The position numbers and the translations under genes were made by a program. Shown here one piece after another: positions 10,221-20,616 of a DNA stretch of 64,000 nt. The stretch comes from Bacteriovoracaceae bacterium (lineage in GTDB: Bacteria > Bdellovibrionota > Bacteriovoracia > Bacteriovoracales > Bacteriovoracaceae): contig OZ244226.1 of NCBI GenBank assembly GCA_965217035.1, positions 2,958,146 to 3,022,145 of the forward strand. The letters run 5' to 3'. The number at the start of each line of letters is the position of its first letter. Position 1 is the stretch's first letter. The notes beneath the pieces were generated by a model that was not told the origin of the DNA, did not search any database, and saw nothing but the letters and a program-made list of their open reading frames with translations.

Positions 10221-11848
10221 GATGCTTCCTAGTACTTTTGTTTTTTGGAAGTTGCTCCTCAGCTTCTGAGTCTAAAGATCGTACCCAATCACCTGAGGGT
10301 CTCAAAAACATTTTTGATGCAAGGACGGTTGGGCCCACTCAAAACTTAGGTTATTTCAAAGATGTTACAGAAGAACTTGGTCTTACTGGGATTAAATCAA
10401 CCTATATGGCCGCTGTTGATTTGAATAATAACGGTTATGATGATCTCGTTTTTCTCAATGGTCTTTATAATCATCCCGAGGTTTATTTTTATAATCCTTA
10501 CCTAAAAAAATTCCTTCCGACTCAATATGAACTTTTTGAAAAATCTTTAGAAGCTTCCTATTTTCTTTTTTATGACTTTGATAAAGATGGAGTTAAAGAT
10601 GCTCTGGCAGTTTCTTTCAATTATCAGAAAGAATTGAGTAAACAGGCAGTAAAGCTATTTAAGGGAGTGATCGAAAAAGGACGGATCTATTTTAAGAGAG
10701 TATATAAGTTCCCTAAAATTTTAGAAGCGACAGCTTCTGTTATTCCTGTCGATATTAATAAAGATGGCCATCTGGATCTCTTCATGGCGCAATGGTACTC
10801 TCGATCTGAGTTAAAAAAAGATCGTCTTCTGATTGGAAAAGGACTTAGCTTTACTGACCAAACAGAAAAGTATTTCCCCGATCAAGAGTCTTTAAAACTT
10901 CCATCTTTAAGCCTCGCTCAATGTGATATTAACAATGACCAGTGGCCAGATATCCTTACAACTTCCTCTAAAGGTTATCCAAACACACTCTGGCTGAATA
11001 AAAAGAAAATCTTCCATAATATTGGGAATCAAACGCATTATGGATTTGATACTCTTGGGATGCTTAAACAGAGAGGGGGAGGAAGGACTCAGTTTGCAAA
11101 TTGTTATGACTTTAATGAGGACGGTTATTTTGATGTTTTCTTGGGTGAGTTAAATTATACATTTGATGGAGAAGATTGGGATCGATCAAGCTTTCTCTTT
11201 CATCAAGGTGGTGGTGCCATTAATTTTTTTCGAAAAGAACTCATCTATCATTCAGGAGATCAACGTTCTGAAACTTTGAGTCGAGCTGTTTTTGGTGATT
11301 TTAACTTTGATGGTTATATAGATGCTGTTGTTGATAATAATGGATTCCCCCCCAATAGTAGGGGGTTGTTTCTTAGCTTTATTGATGGCCAGTTTCAGAA
11401 TCTTTCACCTCAATCCGGAATTGATATCATTAATCCGTCTCAAACGATTCGATTAGACTTTAATCAAGACGGGAAGGTTGATCTTTTGACTTCTCAAATG
11501 AACACTAGAAATACAAAAATTCCTGCAAGAATTTATCTTTTTCAAAATACGGTTGAGTCTAAGCAGAAATTATTTAAGCTGAATTTAAAAGGTCGAAAAG
11601 GAAACAAAGAAGCCATTGGCGCTCGAGTTGAAATTTGGTTAAACGATATAAAGAAAAATTATTGGTACACACTTTCTGAAGGTTTTCTTTCTCCTCAGCA
11701 TGCTGCTGGACTATGGTTTGGGTTAGAGCCCTATCAAAAAATTCAAAAGATTGAGGTCTATTGGCCATCATCAGTTGGGAAAAAAACTTATCTTAAAATC
11801 CCCATTAAAAATAAAAAACATTTTAAAGAAATTACTCTCTGGGAGTAG
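10178..11848 (+). CDS. FG-GAP repeat / ASPIC-UnbV (CRTAC1-like) lipoprotein
   Basis: Lipobox FFGSC, repeated D-x-N-x-DG-x-x-D motifs, AIGARV and FGL...IEVYWPS C-terminus. Confidence 0.8.
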   Translation: MQKRRLRSRYFKILGCFLVLLFFGSCSSASESKDRTQSPEGLKNIFDARTVGPTQNLGYFKDVTEELGLTGIKSTYMAAVDLNNNGYDDLVFLNGLYNHPEVYFYNPYLKKFLPTQYELFEKSLEASYFLFYDFDKDGVKDALAVSFNYQKELSKQAVKLFKGVIEKGRIYFKRVYKFPKILEATASVIPVDINKDGHLDLFMAQWYSRSELKKDRLLIGKGLSFTDQTEKYFPDQESLKLPSLSLAQCDINNDQWPDILTTSSKGYPNTLWLNKKKIFHNIGNQTHYGFDTLGMLKQRGGGRTQFANCYDFNEDGYFDVFLGELNYTFDGEDWDRSSFLFHQGGGAINFFRKELIYHSGDQRSETLSRAVFGDFNFDGYIDAVVDNNGFPPNSRGLFLSFIDGQFQNLSPQSGIDIINPSQTIRLDFNQDGKVDLLTSQMNTRNTKIPARIYLFQNTVESKQKLFKLNLKGRKGNKEAIGARVEIWLNDIKKNYWYTLSEGFLSPQHAAGLWFGLEPYQKIQKIEVYWPSSVGKKTYLKIPIKNKKHFKEITLWE

Positions 11849-11922
11849 TCGGTTTGTTTTATCTATCATAGCATTAAATAAGAAACTATTAGAACTCTTA
11901 ACAGGGAACATGGGACAGGGAA

Positions 11923-12915
11923 GTGAACATGAAACTCTTTTTATTATTTTTTTTACCGCTTTATTTGCAGGCAAATACTTTGGACATTCAGGTTCAGGAA
12001 AGTGAATGTGGCCATCTTGATTATCGAGATGCTTTTGATTATGAACCAAGAAATCAAGAGAAAATAAACTGGTGTTATGCTTTTACAACTGCTGATTTAA
12101 TCGGTTTTGAGTATGGCCTGGAAAAGCTTTCTGCTGCCGATATCGCCCTCAATTATAATAGGAATTGGATTCCTTCGAAGATGAATGCTTTTGCAAGGTT
12201 CTATTACCTCTTATTTAAAAAGAATAGCTGGGTTGAAAGGAATAGAGAGTGGACAACAGGTTTTATTAAAATTGCTGTAGACCGTGCACTTAAAAAAGGC
12301 CTTTGTGTCGAAAGTGAATCTCCCGATAATTTTTTGACTCGAGTTAATAAGAAAAAACGTTTTTCAGAACGAGTCTCTTATCTCAATGCGATGGATGAAA
12401 TTTTAAAAACGGCGAGAGCTTATAAAAAAGGCGAGCTGTCTTTAAGGGATACTGGTTTTTATTATAAAACTCCGAAGACTTCTGAAAAAGATTATATCGA
12501 AATCATAGAAAATTATCCTGTTAATCAAATTATGTTTGAATTAAATGATAGGAGTTGCAAAGAGCGTATTCAATTACCAAGCAGAGAATTTAGTTATTAT
12601 TTTAAAGGAAGTAAGTTCTTTTCAAGGTTAGACCGACAGCTAGAACGAAAGAAACTCGTTTCAATCGATTATCATGGTCGAGTAAGAAAAAATCCTCATG
12701 AATTTGAAAAGGGAATAAATGGTCTTCACACTTCTTTTATTGTTGGGCGTCGGTATGACTCAGACAAAAAAACTTGTGAGTACTTAGTACGAGATAGCCT
12801 TGGAACCAAAGCTTGCCATTATTATCATAAAGGGCTCAAATGCGAAGAAGGTCATTTCTGGATGTCAAAAGAAATTCTTTATGATGCGCTCGTGTCCTAT
12901 GGTTATTTTCGTTAG
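11923..12915 (+). CDS. Secreted papain-like (C1-like) cysteine protease, putative
   Basis: Signal peptide; RNQEKINWCYAF (Q..WC), HTSFIVG, LVRDSLG (NSWG-like). Confidence 0.6.
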   Translation: MNMKLFLLFFLPLYLQANTLDIQVQESECGHLDYRDAFDYEPRNQEKINWCYAFTTADLIGFEYGLEKLSAADIALNYNRNWIPSKMNAFARFYYLLFKKNSWVERNREWTTGFIKIAVDRALKKGLCVESESPDNFLTRVNKKKRFSERVSYLNAMDEILKTARAYKKGELSLRDTGFYYKTPKTSEKDYIEIIENYPVNQIMFELNDRSCKERIQLPSREFSYYFKGSKFFSRLDRQLERKKLVSIDYHGRVRKNPHEFEKGINGLHTSFIVGRRYDSDKKTCEYLVRDSLGTKACHYYHKGLKCEEGHFWMSKEILYDALVSYGYFR

Positions 12916-12989
12916 AAGCTTAGTCGATTTTACTTCCGGATAGTTGACTGGTATGCTCGGTTCGTTAATAAATCACGGAGGTTTTTATT

Positions 12990-13931
12990 ATGAATCGAGC
13001 ACTGCTTCTAGTGGCTTTTCTTTGTTCCCTTAATTTATCCTTTGGTCAATCGAAAAGAATAGTTAACGGAAAAGATGCAAAGCTTTCAAGCTTTCCTTGG
13101 TCTGTTTCTCTTCAATTCTATGTTGATTCTGAGCCAATGGGGCACCTCTGTGGAGGCGCTATTATTTCTAAGCGAATAATTCTTACGGCGGCTCATTGTC
13201 TTGATCTACCTGATAATTATCGAATTGAGGTACATGGTGGAGGGAATGGAAAACAAAGCCAATTAAAAAAATTAGCAAAAATTAAAAAAAGCTTTATTCA
13301 TCCTAAGTACCAATTAGTAGATCCAGATGGAATTTTTAATATCAAAAATGATATTGGAGTTATTTTTTTAGAGAGCGATATTAAGTTTAGTAAATCTGTT
13401 CAACCTATTAAATTAATAGGCTTTAGAGATGACCTTAATCAACTCAGAAAAGGAAGACTTGGAATCGCCGGTTGGGGAAGAACGGTTCCTCCAAGCTTAA
13501 CTAAAAAGATTTTCAAAGGTCCTTTTTTCATAAGAAAGTCTAGAGAGGATGATGACCTTCAGTTGCAATATTCATCTAGAGTAATTGGAATGCCTTTGAG
13601 TGACAGCTCTTTTTGGAAATTCAAAAAGAATAGAGATCGTTTTTTACCAATTGATGAAGATTTTGGTGACTATGCGAGGAGATCATTTTCTTCAGGAGAC
13701 TTTATTCTGACTCAAGGTTTCAAAGGAGTGAGTGCTTGTAATGGTGATAGTGGATCGATGCTATTTAAAAGAATCTTAGGATCTAAATACAAATACAAAG
13801 CGATTGGTATAGCTTCATTCTTGACACGACAACCTTTTTGTCGTGCTGGTGGAGTTGCTTATACAAATATCCAAAACTATTTAGGTTGGATTAGAAGCTT
13901 ACATAGAAGAATGAACAAGGGGAGTTTATGA
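12990..13931 (+). CDS. Secreted S1 (trypsin-fold) serine protease
   Basis: RIVNG, CGGAII, LTAAHC, NDIG, GDSG. Confidence 0.93.
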   Translation: MNRALLLVAFLCSLNLSFGQSKRIVNGKDAKLSSFPWSVSLQFYVDSEPMGHLCGGAIISKRIILTAAHCLDLPDNYRIEVHGGGNGKQSQLKKLAKIKKSFIHPKYQLVDPDGIFNIKNDIGVIFLESDIKFSKSVQPIKLIGFRDDLNQLRKGRLGIAGWGRTVPPSLTKKIFKGPFFIRKSREDDDLQLQYSSRVIGMPLSDSSFWKFKKNRDRFLPIDEDFGDYARRSFSSGDFILTQGFKGVSACNGDSGSMLFKRILGSKYKYKAIGIASFLTRQPFCRAGGVAYTNIQNYLGWIRSLHRRMNKGSL

Positions 13932-13951
13932 GTTCGTATCGGGATAAAGTC

Positions 13952-14884
13952 ATGATCAAAGTTATTTTTTCTTTTGTTTTTCTTGTTTCTGTTAATTCTG
14001 TTTTTGCTCAATCAAATCGAATAGTTAATGGAAAAGATGTTAAACTTTCAAGTTTTCCTTGGTCTGTTACTCTTCAAATTTTTGAAAATGACAAACCTAT
14101 GGGACATTTTTGTGGTGGCGCCATTATTTCGAAGCGCTATATCTTAACGGCGGCTCATTGTGTTGTTCTCCCAAGTAAATATCGAGTTGAAGTTCATGGA
14201 GGGGGAAGTGGAAAACTCAGTGATGTGAAAAAACTAGGGAAAATTAAAAAGATCTTTGCCCATCCCAAATATCAGGATGAAGATCCTGATGGGAAGGTCC
14301 ATTTTAAAAACGACATCGCTTTGATTTACCTCGGTCAGGATATCCGTTTTAATAAAGCAGTAAAGCCTATAAAACTGATAAAGTTTAGAGATAATTTAAA
14401 GGACTTATTGCGAGGAAGATTGGGAATTGCTGGTTGGGGGCTTACGGATCCTCCCGATTTTTATGGCAAGCTATTTTCAATCCCTTATCGTTTAGAAAGA
14501 GTCGCTGAACAACTTCAGTATTCTTCTCGTATCCTAAGTCTTCCTCTTCATGACAGTCCTTTTTGGAAATCAAAAAAAATGAGAGATCGTTTTATGCCTA
14601 TTGACCCTCATCCTGAATTAGGTGATTACGCGAGAAAGTCTTTCGCTTCAGGAGGGTTTATTTTAACTCATGGATATAAAGGGGCGAGTGCATGTTTTGG
14701 AGATAGTGGCTCAGTCTTATTTAAAAGAGTTTATGATTCAAAGTATAAGTATAAAGCTCTAGGGCTTACTTCGTTCGGAGCAGCCCGTCCTTTCTGTAAG
14801 ACAGGTGTGTTTTATACCAATATTCAGAATTACCTTGGGTGGATTTATAGCATTCACGAAAAGATAAAAAGACAAAGATTATAG
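13952..14884 (+). CDS. Secreted S1 serine protease, tandem paralog
   Basis: Same motifs (RIVNG, LTAAHC, NDIA, GDSG); start probably MIKVIFSF at 13952 (track 13928). Confidence 0.92.
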   Translation: MIKVIFSFVFLVSVNSVFAQSNRIVNGKDVKLSSFPWSVTLQIFENDKPMGHFCGGAIISKRYILTAAHCVVLPSKYRVEVHGGGSGKLSDVKKLGKIKKIFAHPKYQDEDPDGKVHFKNDIALIYLGQDIRFNKAVKPIKLIKFRDNLKDLLRGRLGIAGWGLTDPPDFYGKLFSIPYRLERVAEQLQYSSRILSLPLHDSPFWKSKKMRDRFMPIDPHPELGDYARKSFASGGFILTHGYKGASACFGDSGSVLFKRVYDSKYKYKALGLTSFGAARPFCKTGVFYTNIQNYLGWIYSIHEKIKRQRL

Positions 14885-15226
14885 TTTGAGATCAAGGTCT
14901 TTATAAAATTTATATTGATAGGATTCTTGATCTCGATTTATTAAGTTAAATCCGTCATTTCCGGACTCAGGGTCTTGGATCCAATCAATATCCATCGATT
15001 TACAAAACTCTGCGGTAAAAGGCTGCATGAAAATCTTTATTCCTTCTACATCTAAAATCTGATCGTTTTCTTTAAGGTCATCAAAGCCAATATCATAAGT
15101 GAAGCCTTCACACTTTTTTCCAGAAATCTGAATACGCAGCTCTTTCCCCTCTAGGGTAAAGTCATTCTCTTTGATTAGGGAATATTGTCTTTTTGCATTT
15201 TCGGTAAAAGTAATTTGATAACTCAT
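14879..15226 (-). CDS. HesB/IscA-like protein, degenerate
   Basis: ITFTENA..LRIQISGKKCEGFTY..IDW..GF pattern; C-terminal CxC missing. Confidence 0.75.
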   Translation of the reverse strand: MSYQITFTENAKRQYSLIKENDFTLEGKELRIQISGKKCEGFTYDIGFDDLKENDQILDVEGIKIFMQPFTAEFCKSMDIDWIQDPESGNDGFNLINRDQESYQYKFYKDLDLKL

Positions 15227-15257
15227 AACTTGGTCACATTAATTCCTATTTGCTAAG

Positions 15258-16946
15258 ATGAGAAGCATGAAAGCCCAATATTTAATAGAAATCGAAGATC
15301 CAAAAACTCATTATGTGAAAGTGCGTTATACTCTTTCTGAAATTTCTGAGGATAAGCTTTCTATTTTCCTTCCTTCCTGGTCTCCAGGCTCTTATTTGAT
15401 GAGGGAATACGTTCGTCATTTACAGAAGCTTCAACTTACGAATATTAAAGGAAAAGAAGTTCAATTTGAACAAAAAGCGAAAGGGTTATGGGAAATTGAA
15501 ACCAAGGGGGAGCAGGAAATCACGATTCGATATGAAGTTTATTGCCATGAACTTTCTGTTAGAACTTCCTTCATTGATGATTCTCACGCTTTTCTTCATG
15601 GGCCAAGTTATTTAATGGGGACACAAAATGAAGTGTCGGGTCAGTTAGAGGTCGAGTTTAAGTTTCCACCCCTATGGTCAAAACTTAACACTGGATTAAA
15701 AGATATTTCCACAGACCGACAAAGGTTTATCTATAGTGCAGAAAACTATGATGTTTTAATAGATGCCCCTGTTGAGATTGGTTGCCAGGAAACGGATGGG
15801 TTCCAAGTTGCAGGTAAAAACCACTTCCTCGCTTTTTACGGAAACCAATGGCCTCATAAAAATGATTTAAAGGCTGATATCAAAAAAATTGTTGAGTATG
15901 TTTCTGAATATTGGGGGGAGATTCCTTATAAGGACTATACTTTTATTACTCACTTTGCCCCTAATTACTTTGGTGGACTAGAGCATCTCAATTCTACTGT
16001 TTTGGCATACGACGGAAGAAGATTGAACGTAAGGAAAGATTATATTCGTTGGTTAACTCTAGTGACTCATGAGTACTTTCATACTTGGAATGTAAAGAGA
16101 ATTCGTCCGGCTGAACTTGGCCCTTTTGATTATATTAATGAGAACTATACAACAATGCTTTGGCTTGCTGAAGGGTTAACGAGTTTTATGGATAATTATC
16201 TTACTTATAAAACGGGTTTAATCACAGATGAAGAGTATTGGGAGTTAATTAAAGATGACTTTAATCTTTATCTGAATACCCCTGGTCGTAAGTTTGATTC
16301 TTTAGAACAGAGTTCTCATGATGCCTGGATTAAACTTTATAGACCTCATGAGAATTCTAGAAATGCTACTGTTAGTTATTATCTCAAGGGGGGACTTGTT
16401 TTTCTTGGACTTCATATTCATCTTAAGGCACTTGGGAAAGACTCCAAGGATCTTACTGATAAACTTTGGAGTTTTTATAAAGATCGTCCAAAAGAAGGAA
16501 TCAATACAGAAGAATTTTTAAATCTTATCTCAGAACTCTCTAATGAAAATGTTACGAAATGGTTTTCGACTCAAATTTCTACAACTGAGGAAATGGATTT
16601 TGAAGGTCTCCTTAATAAATTAGGAATCACTTGTGAATGGGAGGAAGCGAAGCCTTCTTTTGGAGCAGCTTTTGAATATAAAGGAGAAAGAGTTCTTTTT
16701 CAATCAGTTCAACTTGATGGTGCTTCTTTTAAAGCAGGATTTAATGCCGGAGATGAACTTATTTCAATTAATGGAGGAAGAGTTCTTAAAGCTGATATTG
16801 ATAAACTGACGCAATTTTTACCAATGGATCAAAACCATATGGCCTTAGTTTCGAGGCAGGGGCGTCTGGTCGAAGTGCCATTTCAATTAGAGAAGGGAAT
16901 CAGGACAATAAAAAAAATCCAGCCTGGACCAGATTTAGATTGGTAG
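15258..16946 (+). CDS. M61 family metallo-aminopeptidase with PDZ domain
   Basis: PSWSPGSY, GGLEH, HEYFHTWNVKRIRP, WLAEGLT, SYYLKG, C-terminal PDZ. Confidence 0.93.
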   Translation: MRSMKAQYLIEIEDPKTHYVKVRYTLSEISEDKLSIFLPSWSPGSYLMREYVRHLQKLQLTNIKGKEVQFEQKAKGLWEIETKGEQEITIRYEVYCHELSVRTSFIDDSHAFLHGPSYLMGTQNEVSGQLEVEFKFPPLWSKLNTGLKDISTDRQRFIYSAENYDVLIDAPVEIGCQETDGFQVAGKNHFLAFYGNQWPHKNDLKADIKKIVEYVSEYWGEIPYKDYTFITHFAPNYFGGLEHLNSTVLAYDGRRLNVRKDYIRWLTLVTHEYFHTWNVKRIRPAELGPFDYINENYTTMLWLAEGLTSFMDNYLTYKTGLITDEEYWELIKDDFNLYLNTPGRKFDSLEQSSHDAWIKLYRPHENSRNATVSYYLKGGLVFLGLHIHLKALGKDSKDLTDKLWSFYKDRPKEGINTEEFLNLISELSNENVTKWFSTQISTTEEMDFEGLLNKLGITCEWEEAKPSFGAAFEYKGERVLFQSVQLDGASFKAGFNAGDELISINGGRVLKADIDKLTQFLPMDQNHMALVSRQGRLVEVPFQLEKGIRTIKKIQPGPDLDW

Positions 16947-17040
16947 AAGACTTTTCTCTTAAAGGGTGAATTCAAAAAGAAAGTTTCCTGATCTTAAACA
17001 AATCCTAATCCTCGCTCCTATAAGATTAAGCCAAATAAAA

Positions 17041-17475
17041 CTACTTGCAGGCTGCAGTTACGATAAAACTTTTCTCGTCATCTTCTGTATAATCGACAGT
17101 AACGCTCGAAAGAATTGCTCCATTTTTCATGTAGTAGGTATAAAGTCCATAATGAGCAAAATGATGAAGATCGACTTTATCAACATCGCTTAGTTTGTAA
17201 GGATGCTCTTCTTGGAGAGCATCGAGGATATCCCCGTAATGTTCATTAGAGCTAAGTTGGGCAGCCTTTGTTAACTCTCCTGTGATTTTTTCATCTCCGT
17301 AGATATAAATCTTAGGATCGTCCTGAAATCTCACTACGATATTTCTTTCACCTGAGCTTTCGTAGATTAATTCTACGGAGTGAGTTTTTCCTTCGAGTTC
17401 ATAATAGCAAATCATACTTTTTGCTATTGCACTTGTATTCGCTATTAGAAGTATTAAGAATCCGAAAGCTTTCAT
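17041..17475 (-). CDS. Secreted hypothetical protein
   Basis: Signal peptide ending AIA; 144 aa ORF with terminal Cys pair. Confidence 0.65.
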   Translation of the reverse strand: MKAFGFLILLIANTSAIAKSMICYYELEGKTHSVELIYESSGERNIVVRFQDDPKIYIYGDEKITGELTKAAQLSSNEHYGDILDALQEEHPYKLSDVDKVDLHHFAHYGLYTYYMKNGAILSSVTVDYTEDDEKSFIVTAACK

Positions 17476-17584
17476 CCATTCTCCAAGAGAGACTAGCCAA
17501 AATTGTTTTTATTTTATCAAAATTTTTTAACCGAAAGAAAAACTTTGTATTTTCTATAAAGTTTGTCTATTTCTTCGGCAGTTT

Positions 17585-18139
17585 TCAGCAATATAAAGAA
17601 GTTAAAGCGACGAGATAGTGATGATCTCTTAAAAAAGTTTCAGTGAGTTTCCAATCCCCTTGGAATTTGCCAAAAGAGAACTTTTGATTTTCATGAATGA
17701 TAATTGGCTTTATGAGTTTGGGGCCTTGCGATTTTAAGGAATTGTTCAAGGCCTTAAAGGCCGCTTCTTTTAAGCACCAAAGTTGGAGAGGAGTTAGATC
17801 AGAATCGTCGTCATTGATAAACATTTTAAGAGCATCTTTACGAATGACTCTGTCAGATCTTTCGATATCAATCCCTGAATAGAGACTTTGTTCGAGAGTA
17901 ACAGAACAGAGACCAAGCTCTTCGGTATGTGAATAAGAAGGATTGAAAGCCGTTCCATGAAGGCGTTTCAGTTTTTCGAAACTCATACGAGCTAGGACAG
18001 AGCTCTTTAACCTTACAGGGTGAACCGAACGGCTCAAGTTTTCTTTTTGCCTCTTCTCCCATTGATTCCATAGTATAGAATCAAATGACTCATCATTTGT
18101 TGAATGGATCCAGTGAATCTTACATGTAAGTTGGCTCAT
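17585..18139 (-). CDS. 4'-phosphopantetheinyl transferase (Sfp/EntD-like)
   Basis: SYSHT, GIDIE, WCLKEAAFKA motifs. Confidence 0.85.
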   Translation of the reverse strand: MSQLTCKIHWIHSTNDESFDSILWNQWEKRQKENLSRSVHPVRLKSSVLARMSFEKLKRLHGTAFNPSYSHTEELGLCSVTLEQSLYSGIDIERSDRVIRKDALKMFINDDDSDLTPLQLWCLKEAAFKALNNSLKSQGPKLIKPIIIHENQKFSFGKFQGDWKLTETFLRDHHYLVALTSLYC

Positions 18140-18290
18140 TGACTCTTTTTTTAGGTTTTTAAACGTCTAATAACTATTCACATCTTTTATCTAGGCCGTT
18201 AGTATAATTAAGGCGACCCTACGTTATCATACTATGGGTGCGTGGATCGTCTAGTACTTCTTAACCTACATTCTTAACAGGAGCTGCCCC

Positions 18291-20453
18291 ATGGCCAGTA
18301 TCTCTCCCAGAACCCCTTCGAAAACCGGTGTTTTTAATCGCAAATCAGTCACTCGTGAAATTCCAAGAAATTCACAAGGAAGAAGTCTAAAGGTGAGCCA
18401 GTATTTTGGTGAAAATACTTTTAATCTTCGTAATAATCGGTTTTTTAATGAGAGCACTCAAAAAGAAATCAACACGATCCTTGATAGTCAAGCAACTCTT
18501 ACCAAGGAGATAGCTAAAAAAATTGCTGATGCCGTTCTTGAATGGGCACTTGAAAATGGGACAACACATTTTTGTCATTGGTTCCAGCCACTAACTGGAT
18601 CAACTGCTGAAAAACATGATTCCTTTTTAAGCTTTGATGGGGAAAGAGCAATAGAGAAATTGAGCGCTTCTCAGTTAATTCAAGGTGAGCCTGATGCTTC
18701 TTCTTTTCCAAATGGCGGATCGAGATCTACTTTTGAAGCAAGAGGTTATACAAGTTGGGATTTAACTTCTCCGATTTTTATTAAAGAAGGGATTAATGGG
18801 AAAACTCTTTGTATCCCGACGGCCTTTATTTCTTATCACGGAGATGCTCTCGATGTTAAAACTCCATTGCTTCGAAGTACAAATGTTGTAAGTAAAGCGG
18901 CTACGGAATTCCTTCACGCTACGGGTTTTAAAGATGTGACCAGCGTGACGACGAATTGTGGCTATGAACAAGAGTACTTTCTAGTTGATAAGGCCTTCTA
19001 TTTTCAAAGAGAAGACTTGGTTATGTGTGGGAGAACATTAGTGGGATCTCTTACAACGAGAAACCAGCAGTTAGATGATCATTATTTTGGAACTGTTCCA
19101 GAACGAGTTCTTGCTTTCATGCAAGATTTTGAAACTGAACTCTATAAACTTGGAATTCCTGCGAAAACAAGGCATAACGAAGTGGCTCCTGGACAATTTG
19201 AAATTGCTCCAATTTTTAGAGATGCCAATACAGCGACGGATAATAACCAGCTTCTTATGGCGACTTTAAAAACTGTTGCGGAAAGGCATGACTTTGTGGC
19301 GCTTTTTCATGAAAAGCCATTTGCAGGAATTAATGGTTCAGGGAAGCATCTTAACTGGTCACTTTCGGACAATCTTGGAAGAAACCTACTCGAACCAGGG
19401 AATAACCCTCACGAGAATCACAGGTTTTTAGCAATGGTTGCGATTGTTTGTGAAGCGGTTAAAAGACATTCGATTGCTCTTCGTGCAGCGATTGCGAGTA
19501 ACGGGAATGATCATAGATTGGGAGCAAACGAAGCACCTCCATCTATCATTTCAGTTTTTCTTGGTGATACTATAACAGCAATTCTTGAAAAACTGGTAAG
19601 TGGTGAAGCTTATTCACCTGAAGAAGCAGCAATCCTTGATACAGGTGCTGGTCAGCTTGCTCAGCTCTTAAAAGATAATACAGATCGAAACAGAACTTCA
19701 CCTTTTGCTTTTACAGGAAATAAGTTTGAATTCAGAGCAGTTGGGTCTTCTGCGAATATTGGTATTCCAATGACGATTCTTAATGCTGCTGTTGCTGAAG
19801 TTATTACAGAAAGTACAGCATTCATTAGTGAGAAAATCTCAGGAGGTACGGATGTCGCGACTGCGTTAACGGAGTTAACTAAGAAATGGTATGGGAATTC
19901 ATCAAAGGTTGTTTTCAATGGGGATGGTTATAGCCAGGACTGGGTTGATGAAGCAGCCAAAAGAGGACTTCCAAATCTAAGAACAACTGTCGATGCTCTC
20001 ATCGAGTTCCATAAGAAAGAAAATCATGACTTCCTTCTTAAGCAGGGGGTTTATAGAAAAACTGAAATGGAAACTCAGTATCAAGTTAGTTTCGAACGCT
20101 ATACAACTTGGAGAGATATTGAATTTATGACTCAAAAGAAACTTGTAGAGCGAGTAGTTCTACCAGCAGCCTTCAATTATATGAGAGAGCTTAAAGAGAT
20201 CCCAGGTGGTTGTCGCGACATTCTTGTCAATAAAATTGATACACTGACTAATGAGCTTTATACAACTGTGGAAGACATTAATTCAACAGTTGAAGATTTT
20301 GGTCATGATGAAGAGGCCAATGCCAAAGTGATCTCGACAACTCTTATGGAGAAAAGCGAAAAGGTCTTGGAGCTTACAGCACGGCTAGAGGATATCATTC
20401 CAGATCATTCTTGGAATATTCCAACTTATTTCGACCTTCTTTTTGTACGCTAA
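18291..20453 (+). CDS. glnA: Glutamine synthetase type III
   Basis: HWFQPLTG.TAEKHDSF, GEPDASSFPNGG.RSTFEARGY, HNEVAPGQFE, RLGANEAPP, DRNRTSPFAFTGNKFEFR. Confidence 0.96.
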   Translation: MASISPRTPSKTGVFNRKSVTREIPRNSQGRSLKVSQYFGENTFNLRNNRFFNESTQKEINTILDSQATLTKEIAKKIADAVLEWALENGTTHFCHWFQPLTGSTAEKHDSFLSFDGERAIEKLSASQLIQGEPDASSFPNGGSRSTFEARGYTSWDLTSPIFIKEGINGKTLCIPTAFISYHGDALDVKTPLLRSTNVVSKAATEFLHATGFKDVTSVTTNCGYEQEYFLVDKAFYFQREDLVMCGRTLVGSLTTRNQQLDDHYFGTVPERVLAFMQDFETELYKLGIPAKTRHNEVAPGQFEIAPIFRDANTATDNNQLLMATLKTVAERHDFVALFHEKPFAGINGSGKHLNWSLSDNLGRNLLEPGNNPHENHRFLAMVAIVCEAVKRHSIALRAAIASNGNDHRLGANEAPPSIISVFLGDTITAILEKLVSGEAYSPEEAAILDTGAGQLAQLLKDNTDRNRTSPFAFTGNKFEFRAVGSSANIGIPMTILNAAVAEVITESTAFISEKISGGTDVATALTELTKKWYGNSSKVVFNGDGYSQDWVDEAAKRGLPNLRTTVDALIEFHKKENHDFLLKQGVYRKTEMETQYQVSFERYTTWRDIEFMTQKKLVERVVLPAAFNYMRELKEIPGGCRDILVNKIDTLTNELYTTVEDINSTVEDFGHDEEANAKVISTTLMEKSEKVLELTARLEDIIPDHSWNIPTYFDLLFVR

Positions 20454-20465
20454 TTAAATACCTTT

Positions 20466-20495
20466 AATTGAGGGAGAGGAAATTCTCCCTCAATT
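20466..20495 (+). terminator. Intrinsic terminator after glnA
   Basis: Perfect 12-bp stem AATTGAGGGAGA-ggaaat-TCTCCCTCAATT followed by T-rich bases. Confidence 0.8.
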
Positions 20496-20616
20496 TCTTA
20501 ATAAAGTATCTTGACGATCACCCTCCAAAAAAATTACCACTATATAAAGTCACTAAACGTAGTCACTACCAAAACCGGAGTTATCAGTGAGACTCCATCG
20601 AAAAAGGATACTAATC

